In this document: positions 1 to 9,268 of the stretch, one piece after another | Layout: each line of letters begins with the position of its first letter | How positions within the stretch are numbered: position 1 is the first letter of the stretch | Program-made: the position numbers and the translations under genes | Origin: Bacteroidota Order II. bacterium | GTDB taxonomy: Bacteria > Bacteroidota > Rhodothermia > Rhodothermales > UBA2364 | Direction: 5' to 3' | Assembly: GCA_016788705.1 (NCBI GenBank) | Contig: JAEUSQ010000038.1 | Coordinates: forward strand, 2,194-66,193 | Length of the DNA: 64,000 bases | The notes under the pieces: generated by a model | Database searches by the model: none | What the model was told of the DNA's origin: nothing | The model's input: only the letters and a program-made list of their open reading frames with translations

Positions 1-401
1 CGCAGGAAGACTATAACCGGATATTCTTTGAGGCCAATAAGTATTGGTCAGATTTTCTAAGCCGGATTAAACGGGGACGTATTGCCGTATTTGGTATGCT
101 GAACCAAACACGGTTAGACCGCGCCGAACGTGCTACCTTAATGATTGCGGCGCCCGATGCCATGCATGCAGACTTATTGACCCAACAACGAGACTGGCTG
201 GCTTCGGAGTTGGCAGATGTTGCAGGGCTAAGCCGCCCCCCAAGTTTGACCTTCTACATACAACCCACCCAACAGACCGAAACCGCACAAAAGGCCGAAG
301 CCGAAGCAAACGATCCCTACCAACAACTGCAACGCCTCAGTCAAACCAACGCCACCGTTCGCGCACTGATAGACCACTTCGGTGCAGAAATCGTTTGGTG
401 A
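1..401 (+). CDS. 3' end of a gene entering from the left edge; possibly the C-terminus of DNA polymerase III gamma/tau (DnaX)
   Basis: Frame 3 is open from nt 3 to the TGA at 399-401, so the ATG at 96 in the ORF track is internal. The tail ...NDPYQQLQRLSQTNATVRALIDHFGAEIVW resembles DnaX C-termini only loosely. Confidence 0.4.
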   Translation, partial: QEDYNRIFFEANKYWSDFLSRIKRGRIAVFGMLNQTRLDRAERATLMIAAPDAMHADLLTQQRDWLASELADVAGLSRPPSLTFYIQPTQQTETAQKAEAEANDPYQQLQRLSQTNATVRALIDHFGAEIVW

Positions 402-429
402 TCCTTCACAACCTTCTATAACGACCCTT

Positions 430-1068
430 TTGAACTTTTTGGCACACCTTTTTCTGGCCGAGAACACGCCGGAATCTCGGTTGGGTAACCTGCTTGGGGA
501 TTTTGTAAAAGGCGGTTTGGCCACGTTGCCATATCCGCCGGATGTGGTTAAGGGCATTGCAGAACACCGTCAGATAGATGCTTATACCGACCATCATCCC
601 ATTGTTAAGCAAAGTCAGGCTTTCATCGGTAGTCACAACCGACGCTTTGCGGGTATTGCCATAGACGTCATCTATGATCATTTTTTGGCACGTGATTGGT
701 CCTCGTTCCATCCCATGCCACTTCAGGAGTTTACAACCCAATGTTATCTCGAAGTCAAGAGTCGGTGGGATCTACTACCACCACGGCTTCGATTTGTTTT
801 GCCCTATATGGAAAAAGACGACTGGTTGGCCGGATATGCCCACCGTATAGGGATCGAAAACGCCTTGACTGGGCTGGGGAAGCGAATGCAGCGTCAATTT
901 GGCGTCCCCAACCAATTTGCCGACACCTATTTAGATTTCACAACCCACTATGAACCATTGGGAGAACACTTCACGGCCTTTTTTCCGCAGCTACGCGCAT
1001 TTGTTGCTACCTTACGGGACGACGCTGTTACTCCCATAGCCGAATTTCCGGCTACTGTTCAGAAATAA
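430..1068 (+). CDS. acpH: Acyl carrier protein phosphodiesterase (AcpH)
   Basis: The N-terminus (L)NFLAHLFLAE...LGNLLGDFVKG...HRQIDAYTDHHP matches the AcpH signature (E. coli AcpH starts MNFLAHLHLA). The TTG at 430 gives that N-terminus. The ATG at 382 would overlap the upstream gene by 20 nt. Confidence 0.8.
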   Translation: MNFLAHLFLAENTPESRLGNLLGDFVKGGLATLPYPPDVVKGIAEHRQIDAYTDHHPIVKQSQAFIGSHNRRFAGIAIDVIYDHFLARDWSSFHPMPLQEFTTQCYLEVKSRWDLLPPRLRFVLPYMEKDDWLAGYAHRIGIENALTGLGKRMQRQFGVPNQFADTYLDFTTHYEPLGEHFTAFFPQLRAFVATLRDDAVTPIAEFPATVQK

Positions 1069-1084
1069 TCATAGCCCTACTTTT

Positions 1085-1864
1085 ATGCAAAGCAGAATCC
1101 TTCGTTCTTTTCTCGTACTTTCCCTAAGTGCTCTCTTTTTTGGCGGTTGCGACATCTTCAACAAAGCTGAAGTACAAATAGAAGATCTGGTGGTGGGTAC
1201 GGGCGAGGTTGGTAGTTTGTACAATTCATGGCAGGTACAATACACTGCAACCATTCTCGGACAAACAACCCCTTTTGAGCAATCTACTGCTGAAAAACCG
1301 CTTACGTTTGTCAATGACTTTTCAATCTCCCCCACAGGCTTTAGTGACGGTATTCAAGGGATGCGTGTGGGTGGTAAGCGGAAGATCACCGTCCCACCGA
1401 GTTTGGCTTGGGGACGAAACGGTATCAAAGACCGCAACGGTAAAGTGATTGTTCCTAAAAATGCGACCATCGTTTTTGAAGTAGAATTATTAGGACAACC
1501 CTTGGTCACTAAGACAGAAACCACGGCTGGGTCTGGAGAAGGGGCAGACGAAAATGACCTGCTCGAAGTGAAATACAAAGGTTATTTTGTGGATGCGCGT
1601 GGCTACTTCACCGATGGGACGGTTTTTGACCAATCTACGGGTGATGCCACGTTTAAGTTTACCCTCGGGGTGAGCAATGTAATTCCTGGATGGCATGTGG
1701 GCATGGTGGGTGCCCGAAAAGGGAGCAAGCGGACGCTAATCATCCCGCCACACCTTGGCTACGGCTCTTATGGCGTCCCCAATTACCAGTCCGGCGGATA
1801 TTCTATTCCTCCTCATGCCACGCTGGGCTTCGAGGTGGAAGTCATTAATATCACGAAAGGATAG
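1085..1864 (+). CDS. FKBP-type peptidyl-prolyl cis-trans isomerase, two FKBP domains, lipoprotein signal
   Basis: Signal/lipobox LSALFFGGC. There are two FKBP_C-like modules (GMRVGGKRKITVPPSLAWG and GMVGARKGSKRTLIIPPHLGYG...LGFEVEV). Confidence 0.85.
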   Translation: MQSRILRSFLVLSLSALFFGGCDIFNKAEVQIEDLVVGTGEVGSLYNSWQVQYTATILGQTTPFEQSTAEKPLTFVNDFSISPTGFSDGIQGMRVGGKRKITVPPSLAWGRNGIKDRNGKVIVPKNATIVFEVELLGQPLVTKTETTAGSGEGADENDLLEVKYKGYFVDARGYFTDGTVFDQSTGDATFKFTLGVSNVIPGWHVGMVGARKGSKRTLIIPPHLGYGSYGVPNYQSGGYSIPPHATLGFEVEVINITKG

Positions 1865-1887
1865 CGCAAACGTATTACACACGATTA

Positions 1888-2456
1888 ATGGATATATTTT
1901 CTATCTCTTTGTTTATTAAGCATTTGACTGCTTCTGATAAACAAGTTTTAGACAACCTAATCGTACATCGAACGTTGAAAAAAGGGAATACACTCTTGGC
2001 CACAAACGCCTTCGACGACAAAGCTTATTATGTGTTTTGCGTAAATATTGCGAACGAGAAGAAAAAGAAGTGACGCAAGATTTTTTCATTAGAGATGAGA
2101 TATGTTTTCTAAATTCTCCTACTTATGGTGATCGAGCCACTTATCAGGTATCTGTATTAGCGAAATCTGTCGTATTTCAGATCAATTTAGTTGCTTTCGA
2201 ACGGTTAAAAAAAGAGACCCCATCCTTAGCGGAGTTGGAATATCAAATTTTAGAACAAGCGTATCACCAGTCGCAAAAGCGGCTGGAGACTTTCCAGATG
2301 ATGAGTGCCACCGAGCGTTACCAGAACCTGATGGACCGATCGCCACATATTCTTCAGCAAATTCCACTAATCTACATCGCCTCTTATCTGGGTATAAACA
2401 ACGCATCGCTTAGTAAAATCCGCAAGACCCTTTCCCGTAAATCCTCAACCCACTGA
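1888..2456 (+). pseudogene. Crp/Fnr-family transcriptional regulator split by a single frame break (needs one extra base) in a T4 run
   Basis: ORF 1888..2073 is the cNMP-binding N-half (...KKGNTLLATNAFDDKAYYVF). ORF 2037..2456 continues the family pattern (LRKYCEREEKEVTQDFF...) and ends in an HTH (IYIASYLGINNASLSKIRK). The frames join if one T is added at TTTT 2035-2038, giving 190 codons. Confidence 0.6.
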
Positions 2457-2537
2457 TCATTTTGGTATTTGCCAAAAAAAACATCTTAATAATGGAAGTA
2501 CTTTTACATTATTTGGTAACCGGAATCTTCTAATGCC

Positions 2538-3105
2538 ATGCCTAAGTTTGTCCATTTTATTTGTCTCGCCCTCTATATATCATGAGTAGTCCTACCTTCG
2601 GACAATCTCATAAAACTACGCTTAAAACAGATTTATTCGACCCATTGGCCAAGGGTGGAAGTCTTTGGATCAATGCCGATAAAGGCAACCATCGGATATT
2701 TTTAGCCAGTGGCTTTAATGAACTCCCCGACTTCTTAAACCCGGATAAGGCATTTTTTACCGAAAAAAGAGATTTCTTTCAACAGATGGGGTATGGTCAC
2801 CGGATTGGAAAACACAAAAAAGGGATTTTGGGGGTACAACTTATTTATCAGGATATGACCATCAGGGCCAAGGGCAAAAACGAGCAAGAAGACCTAAGGC
2901 GCCAAGGGTCTGCCCGATAGCATTCTATGAAGTTCGTCTGGGGCATAAAGGGAGTGCTTTTTCCTTAGCACCTTGGGCCAGCTATCGCTTTGATCTATTG
3001 CGAAACGAGGCCGTATTTAATGCGGTGGGAAAGTCCTATAAAACCCAGTTTGCAAACGTTGCGATGGGGCTTAACTTAGGTTATTCCTTCTCTAAGAGTC
3101 CTTAG
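2538..3105 (+). pseudogene. Possible outer-membrane beta-barrel-like gene broken into three frames
   Basis: ATG 2538 gives a signal-like MPKFVHFICLALYIS then a stop. ORF 2561..2920 follows in the next frame. A third frame, open from 2749 to the TAG at 3103-3105, reads ...AFYEVRLGHKGSAFSLAPWASYRFDLLRNEAVFNAVGKSYKTQFANVAMGLNLGYSFSKSP, with alternating-hydrophobic strands and a near-C-terminal GYSF. The exact break points are not resolved. Confidence 0.3.
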
Positions 3106-3142
3106 ATTTTTGAGAGATGTCTTAACCTGATTTCAAGACACA

Positions 3143-3820
3143 ATGCAGCATTTATCGTCCCTTTTGCCAGAAACTGCGCCCAAAACAGTTTCACAGGTGT
3201 TGCCAGCGGCTTTTTTCGACCGTCACCCGCTGGAAGTAGCACGAAGCCTTATTGGCAAAAGAGTGGTTTTGGATTCTAATACGGGAACTGTCCTATCTGG
3301 AAAAATTGTAGAAACCGAAGCCTACCGCTGGGACGAGGCGGGGTGTCATGCTTGGAAAAACGCACTTCCGGATGGGCAAGTACGTGACAAAAATCTTATC
3401 TCTGCGGGACTCTTCGACGCGCCCGGAACCAGTTACGTCTATATCAGCTACGGTTTACACCGAATGTTGAATGTGGTTTGCGAGCCTAAAGGGGTAGGTG
3501 CGGGCGTATTAATTAGGGCCGTGGAACCCATTACAGGCTTGCACGCAATGCAGGTCAATCGGCCTGGGATCAGACGCCTAACCGATCTGACAAATGGGCC
3601 AGGAAAACTTTGTCGGGCGTTCGGGATTGATATTATACATCATCGTAAATCATTACAAAACGGCACTTTGCGCTTGATGGAAGGAACAGTAAACACCGAG
3701 TACACGATCGGCTGCTCCACCCGGATCGGTTTGGCCAAAGGCATGGGCGACGAGTTGCCGTGGCGTTTTTTTGAGGTACAAAACCCCTATGTTGGCAAGG
3801 GTAAAGTGGTCTTTTTTTAA
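3143..3820 (+). CDS. mpg: DNA-3-methyladenine glycosylase (Mpg/AAG family)
   Basis: FFDRHPLEVARSLIGKRVV...GKIVETEAY...GTSYVYISYGLHRMLNVV...GVLIRAVEP is the typical Mpg pattern. Confidence 0.85.
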   Translation: MQHLSSLLPETAPKTVSQVLPAAFFDRHPLEVARSLIGKRVVLDSNTGTVLSGKIVETEAYRWDEAGCHAWKNALPDGQVRDKNLISAGLFDAPGTSYVYISYGLHRMLNVVCEPKGVGAGVLIRAVEPITGLHAMQVNRPGIRRLTDLTNGPGKLCRAFGIDIIHHRKSLQNGTLRLMEGTVNTEYTIGCSTRIGLAKGMGDELPWRFFEVQNPYVGKGKVVFF

Positions 3821-4071
3821 CGTAACAAGACCAAGTATAAGGGCTATTCCTATTTAAACAAATCCAATTGTCGTTTCTCCATTGACCAAAGCCCTTTATT
3901 ACCAAGCCGTTTTTTTGCATCGGGTAAAAAAAACAATCCATGTGCATCCCAGTTACACAAAAGAGGCTGTTCTACCCGTACAAAACCATTGTTTTTTCGT
4001 GGTGCATTAAATTTTTTACGCCCCAAAAGTGGTTATCTTACATACTTCATCTGTAACCAAGCCATGCTATC

Positions 4072-6750
4072 ATGCCTGTTTCTCCGAAGACTTCCGAGCA
4101 AATCCGACAAGATTTTTTAGATTTTTTTGCTTCCAAAGATCACTTTATTGTTCCCAGTGCGCCGTTGGTTCCAAAGGATGACAACACGCTCATGTTCATT
4201 AATTCTGGTATGGCGCCCTTCAAAAAGAGTTTTTTGGGAACCGAGAACCCGCCTTCGCCAAGGGTGGCTGATACCCAAAAATGCCTCCGTGTCTCTGGAA
4301 AGCACAACGATTTGGAGGAGGTGGGGGTGGATACATATCACCATACCTTGTTCGAGATGTTGGGAAATTGGTCGTTTGGTGATTATTTCAAGGAAGAGGC
4401 CATCGCATGGTCTTGGGAATTGTTAACAGAGGTTTGGGGGTTAGACCCCGATCGTCTCTATGTGACGATCCATGAAGGAGAATCCAAGTGGCATCTCGAA
4501 GAAGACTTGGAAGCACGGGAAATTTGGAAAAAACAAAAAGGCTTAAACCCCTCTCATATCTTACTGGGCACTACCAAAGATAATTTTTGGATGATGGGGG
4601 ATACGGGGCCTTGCGGGCCTTGCTCTGAAATCCACTACGATGGCCGGACGGATGCCGAACGCGCCGAAGTACCGGGCAGTGCCTTGGTGAACAACGATGA
4701 TCCGCGTGTCGTAGAAATCTGGAACAATGTTTTTATCCAATACAATGCCCTTCCAGATGGCAACCTCGAAAAGCTAAAAAACCGCTTTGTGGACACAGGA
4801 ATGGGCTTTGAACGTATTGTCCGGACGATACAGGGAAAAGACTCTAACTACGATACCGATATCTTTGCGCCGTTATTTGAAAAACTGGCAGCACTCGCGC
4901 CACGAAAAGAAATTGTGGGATACGACCAGATTCAAGACGTTGCGGAGGGAGAACAAGAACGAATCCGGATTGCGATGCGGGTGATTGTGGATCACATCCG
5001 TACCATTTCGTTTGCTATTGCCGACGGAGCAACACCTGGTAATGACGGACGCGGCTATGTTATCCGACGCATCTTGCGGCGGGCGGTTAGGTATGGCTAC
5101 CAAACCTTGGGATTCCGAACGGCCTTCATGTGGCAATTGGTGGCGGCTTTGGAACAAAAAATGGGGCCTGCTTTCCCCGAAATTGTTCAGCAACGAGATT
5201 TTATTGAGCGCATCATTCGGGCAGAAGAAGAATCGTTTCTACGGACGCTCAAAACAGGCATTGAGTTGTTCCAACAAACGGCTGAACGCGACGGAACCAT
5301 CACGGGCGAAGCGGCTTTTCTTTTGCATGACACCTACGGCTTTCCGATTGATCTTACCGAATTGATGGCCCGCGAAGCTGGTATTCGGGTGGATAAAGCT
5401 GGGTTCGATACCGAAATGCAACAGCAAAAAAGTCGGGCACGCGCCGCCGCCAAATTTAAAGTAGATCAATCGAAGGTGGATATTTGGCAAATCATAGGCG
5501 AGGATACCCCGGAGAATTTTGTGGGGTATGACCAACTCTCGGTCCCCGAAACGCATATCAAGGCCATTAAGACCACAAAAGATACAAATGGTAATCCCTT
5601 GTATTATATTGCCTTAGCCCAAACCCCATTTTATGCAGAATCGGGCGGGCAGATGGGAGATACGGGGACACTGACCTTGGGCGGAGAGACGGTACATGTC
5701 TTGGAGACGATCAAATTAGATGGCCGAATTGCCCACAGGGTGGATCGCTTGCCTGCGCATACCGACACATCTGTTTCGGCAAAAGTGGATACCGAGCGGC
5801 GAAAGCGGATTACCGGGCACCACTCGGCCACCCATTTATTGCACCTGGCCTTGCGCGATCAATTGGGAACACACGTACAGCAGAAAGGCTCTTTGGTGGC
5901 GCCAGACCGTTTGCGGTTTGACTTTAGCCACTTCGAGAAAGTAACGGATGCCCAACTTCGGCGCCTCGAAGCCCAAGTGAATGGCTTGATTCGGGAAAAC
6001 CTTCCCTTGCAGGAAGAACGCCATGTTCCGATTGCAGCGGCACAGGCAAAGGGGGCAATGGCTCTTTTTGGCGAAAAATATGGTGACGAAGTACGGGTGA
6101 TCACGTTCGGAAGATCGGTAGAACTCTGTGGAGGAACACATGTGGCTGCCACCGGAGAAATTGGCCTGTTCCGGTTTGTCTCGGAAGGATCGGTGGCTTC
6201 GGGCATTCGCCGCATAGAGGCGTTGGTGGGCGAGGCGGCCCTTGCACACATCCAGTCGGAATTGGCGGAGTTGGAGGCCATTCGCGGGCTGCTGAAGTCC
6301 AAAGGCTCTGCTGCCGAAGACGTGGCTGTTCTGCAAGAAAACCTCAGAATTGCCGAAAAAGCCACGGCGATGTTAAAAATGCAAGGCTTGACCACTCAAT
6401 TAGCGGGTCTCTTGGCCAACGCGACCGAAGTGCAGGGTATTCGCTTGGTGACTGGTATAATAGAAGGAGCAGACGGAAAAGCCCTTGGTGAACTGGCCCA
6501 AATCTTGCGGGATAAAGTTGGCGAAAACGCTGTTTCTGTATTGGGCGCACACGATGGCGAAAAAGTCTTTTTGGCTGCCACTGTTTCCGACGACCTAAAC
6601 AAAAAGGGTCTTCAGGCGGGCAAGCTCATTGGCCAGGTCGCAAAAATCGTAGGCGGAGGCGGGGGCGGACGGCCTCAGTTAGCTACGGCTGGGGGGAAAC
6701 AGCCCGATAAGTTGACAGAAGCCCTTGCAGCGGTAAGCGGTTTGCTCTAA
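4072..6750 (+). CDS. alaS: Alanine--tRNA ligase
   Basis: 892 aa. FLDFFASKDH, HHTLFEMLGNWSFGDYFK, the editing-domain HSATHLLH and the C-terminal GGGGGRPQLATAGG (DHHA1) motifs are present. Confidence 0.97.
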   Translation: MPVSPKTSEQIRQDFLDFFASKDHFIVPSAPLVPKDDNTLMFINSGMAPFKKSFLGTENPPSPRVADTQKCLRVSGKHNDLEEVGVDTYHHTLFEMLGNWSFGDYFKEEAIAWSWELLTEVWGLDPDRLYVTIHEGESKWHLEEDLEAREIWKKQKGLNPSHILLGTTKDNFWMMGDTGPCGPCSEIHYDGRTDAERAEVPGSALVNNDDPRVVEIWNNVFIQYNALPDGNLEKLKNRFVDTGMGFERIVRTIQGKDSNYDTDIFAPLFEKLAALAPRKEIVGYDQIQDVAEGEQERIRIAMRVIVDHIRTISFAIADGATPGNDGRGYVIRRILRRAVRYGYQTLGFRTAFMWQLVAALEQKMGPAFPEIVQQRDFIERIIRAEEESFLRTLKTGIELFQQTAERDGTITGEAAFLLHDTYGFPIDLTELMAREAGIRVDKAGFDTEMQQQKSRARAAAKFKVDQSKVDIWQIIGEDTPENFVGYDQLSVPETHIKAIKTTKDTNGNPLYYIALAQTPFYAESGGQMGDTGTLTLGGETVHVLETIKLDGRIAHRVDRLPAHTDTSVSAKVDTERRKRITGHHSATHLLHLALRDQLGTHVQQKGSLVAPDRLRFDFSHFEKVTDAQLRRLEAQVNGLIRENLPLQEERHVPIAAAQAKGAMALFGEKYGDEVRVITFGRSVELCGGTHVAATGEIGLFRFVSEGSVASGIRRIEALVGEAALAHIQSELAELEAIRGLLKSKGSAAEDVAVLQENLRIAEKATAMLKMQGLTTQLAGLLANATEVQGIRLVTGIIEGADGKALGELAQILRDKVGENAVSVLGAHDGEKVFLAATVSDDLNKKGLQAGKLIGQVAKIVGGGGGGRPQLATAGGKQPDKLTEALAAVSGLL

Positions 6751-6852
6751 AGGGTTGGCTGATGCACCTGTTTTTTGTCTTTGGTTGCATAAATGGCTTT
6801 TTTGCGGTTTCGGACAACAAAGTATGCTTATTTATTCTAAAGCCTCCTTATT

Positions 6853-7629
6853 GTGAATACATCCATTTATCATACACTTCTCGAAATAGCTGCGGCAAAA
6901 GGTGCTGGATTTATCGTCTTGATTGATCCGGATGCCTTGTCTCCGGAGAATATGTCCCAATTCTTGGGCGATTGCGAGGCCGCTGGCACCGATGCTTTTT
7001 TTCTTGGCGGAAGCCTGATGCATGTCCCATGGATGGATCGGTATGTGCAAATGCTCAAGCAACACACGACCTTGCCCATTATTGGTTTTCCGGGATCACT
7101 CACCCAAATTTCGGGGCATTTGGATGCCATGCTGTATTTATCGGTCATTAGTGGCCGCAACCCCGATTACCTTTTTGGGCAGCACGTTTATGCCGCGCCC
7201 ATCCTCCGAAAATTAGGCTTAGAGGCCATCTCTACGGGATATATGCTGATTGAAAGCGGCGCTTTGACCTCGGCACAATACATGAGTAATTCTATGCCTA
7301 TGCCCCGTAAAAAGAACAATATTGCCGTTGCAACCGCCCTTGCCGCCGAGATGATGGGCATGAAACTCTTGATGACCGATGCCGGATCCGGGGCCGATTT
7401 TCCCGTACCTGTGGAAATGGTTGCCGGTATTACGGCAGCGGTTTCGATTCCGCTTATGGTGGGTGGCGGCCTGCGTACCCCCGAAATGGCTGCCGCACGG
7501 GCACAAGCGGGGGCCTCTTTTATTGTTGTAGGCAATGCCTTTGAAGACCGTCCAGACAAATCGTTCATTGCCGAAATGGCAACTGCCACACATGCAGGTG
7601 GCCAAAAACGGCGCTTTGCGGCCCCATAA
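6853..7629 (+). CDS. Geranylgeranylglyceryl/heptaprenylglyceryl phosphate synthase family protein (GGGPS/PcrB)
   Basis: LIDPD...FFLGGS...GFPG...SGRNPDYLFGQHVYAAP...TDAGSGA...VGGGLRT...IVVGNAFE matches the GGGPS/PcrB TIM-barrel pattern. GTG start. Confidence 0.8.
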   Translation: MNTSIYHTLLEIAAAKGAGFIVLIDPDALSPENMSQFLGDCEAAGTDAFFLGGSLMHVPWMDRYVQMLKQHTTLPIIGFPGSLTQISGHLDAMLYLSVISGRNPDYLFGQHVYAAPILRKLGLEAISTGYMLIESGALTSAQYMSNSMPMPRKKNNIAVATALAAEMMGMKLLMTDAGSGADFPVPVEMVAGITAAVSIPLMVGGGLRTPEMAAARAQAGASFIVVGNAFEDRPDKSFIAEMATATHAGGQKRRFAAP

Positions 7630-7630
7630 G

Positions 7631-9193
7631 ATGCCTGCTCGCCGCCTATGTACCACCACCAACCTACTCTTGTTTGGGATTTGGTTCTCCATTGGTTTGG
7701 TCATTGTTCTTCGTTCCGTATTAAGTACGGATGGCATGGCCGCCGGAGATGGAGCCTATTATTTAGAAGCCGCCCAAAACCTGCTCATTCATCATCAGTT
7801 TCACATAACCACTCTCGGCCTCGGAGCCTCTTTGCCGCTGGATGGGTATGACCCGTTTACCCTGTGGCCCATTGGTTATCCGGTTTTAATTGCAGGTCTT
7901 TCATTTATAACCGGATTACCCGTTTTTTGGGCGTCGAAACTCCTCGGATGGCTGTTGGCTGGTCTCTCTATTGCGGGGTTCCGGCGTTTGGCTTCCGAAG
8001 AAGCGCCTATGTTGACCGCCATGATGCTCTTTTCTGCACCCTTGCTTTTATTTTCATCCACCTTTAGCGAGGCTGCATTTCTTACGGCGTTGGTTTGGTT
8101 TGTTTATTGGATATATCAATTCCGGCAAACGGGCAATTATGGCGCATTACGGGGTATTTTAATTTGTGCCCTCTTTTTATTTTTATTACGCTATGTAGGC
8201 ATTTTTTCGGGTGTGGTTTTACTCTGGCTGGCTTGGAAAACCATGCGTGAAAACCGCCCCAAAATAGCACCATTGGTGATGGTCATTTTCTTGTGGACAA
8301 GCGTTGTACTTGGGTATGCGTGCTGGAACTATGCCCGATCGGGCGCATTTTCCGGTATGAACCGATATTCAGGCGCAACACCGGAAGTGGCACAGATAAT
8401 GGGTTCATGGCTGAAAGGGTTTATGGTAGGATTTTTCCCCTTGGCTATTGATCGAATCTCCGGTTTTTTACTGTTCTTAATATTATGTATTCAGATCGCC
8501 ATTTTTTTATGGGCCTGGATTGCTAAAAACAAACAGACAGACGTAGCCCAAGCCTCCTCCAACAACTGGCAAGAACGGTTGCACCTCGTCGAGGTACTAT
8601 TTGTTGTTGGCTTGTGCTACTTGGTGGTTATGACGGTTTCGCGTTGGCAACACGTCTTGTGGTTGCAAAAAAGCAGTTTTTATATGGAGTTGTTTGCTCC
8701 TGTCTTTTGGCTCTGGATTCCGGCAGCCATCCTTTGGGCTCGCCACCAGTTGGGTTGGCAAGCGCCACTCAAAAAAGTAGTCTGGCTCACTGCGGGTACG
8801 TCATTTATGCTGTATGGTCCACTGTGGGCCATCAAACAGGTTTATGAACAACGGATGCCATATCATCAGGCAGTAGCCAAGGCCATAGATGCCGCAAAAG
8901 ACATTCCACCGGGTGGCATCGTTTTGTTTGGAGATCCGCATTTAAACTACCTGAGACCAGACTTAATTCGATTGGAGCCTCCATCAAAGCCCTTATTCGC
9001 CCATCCGCCCACGTTCGATGAGACCCTAACATGGTTACATCAGGCATATCCTAAAAGGCCCCTGTATATATTTATGAATACAAGGTTTAATGATATGAAT
9101 CCAGATGGTTTGGTTACCGAAGAATGGTTTCATCCCTCTTTTATCCACCGGAGCAAAGCCATCCCACCGGATACCCGTATCCGTATTCATTAA
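7631..9193 (+). CDS. Large polytopic membrane protein, ArnT/PMT_2-like glycosyltransferase fold suspected
   Basis: The ATG at 7631 lies 1 nt after the GGGPS stop (TAA 7627-7629), and the ORF-track start at 7535 overlaps that gene. There are about 12 hydrophobic segments. The N-terminal DGAYYLEAAQNLL loop resembles the GT-C (PMT_2/ArnT) acidic motif. A soluble C-terminal domain follows. Confidence 0.5.
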   Translation: MPARRLCTTTNLLLFGIWFSIGLVIVLRSVLSTDGMAAGDGAYYLEAAQNLLIHHQFHITTLGLGASLPLDGYDPFTLWPIGYPVLIAGLSFITGLPVFWASKLLGWLLAGLSIAGFRRLASEEAPMLTAMMLFSAPLLLFSSTFSEAAFLTALVWFVYWIYQFRQTGNYGALRGILICALFLFLLRYVGIFSGVVLLWLAWKTMRENRPKIAPLVMVIFLWTSVVLGYACWNYARSGAFSGMNRYSGATPEVAQIMGSWLKGFMVGFFPLAIDRISGFLLFLILCIQIAIFLWAWIAKNKQTDVAQASSNNWQERLHLVEVLFVVGLCYLVVMTVSRWQHVLWLQKSSFYMELFAPVFWLWIPAAILWARHQLGWQAPLKKVVWLTAGTSFMLYGPLWAIKQVYEQRMPYHQAVAKAIDAAKDIPPGGIVLFGDPHLNYLRPDLIRLEPPSKPLFAHPPTFDETLTWLHQAYPKRPLYIFMNTRFNDMNPDGLVTEEWFHPSFIHRSKAIPPDTRIRIH

Positions 9194-9268
9194 TGCACAC
9201 ATTGCCCCGCCGATACGAAAACGGTATCTTTATTCCTGCCTCCTAACTCACCTTCTATACCAAACGAA

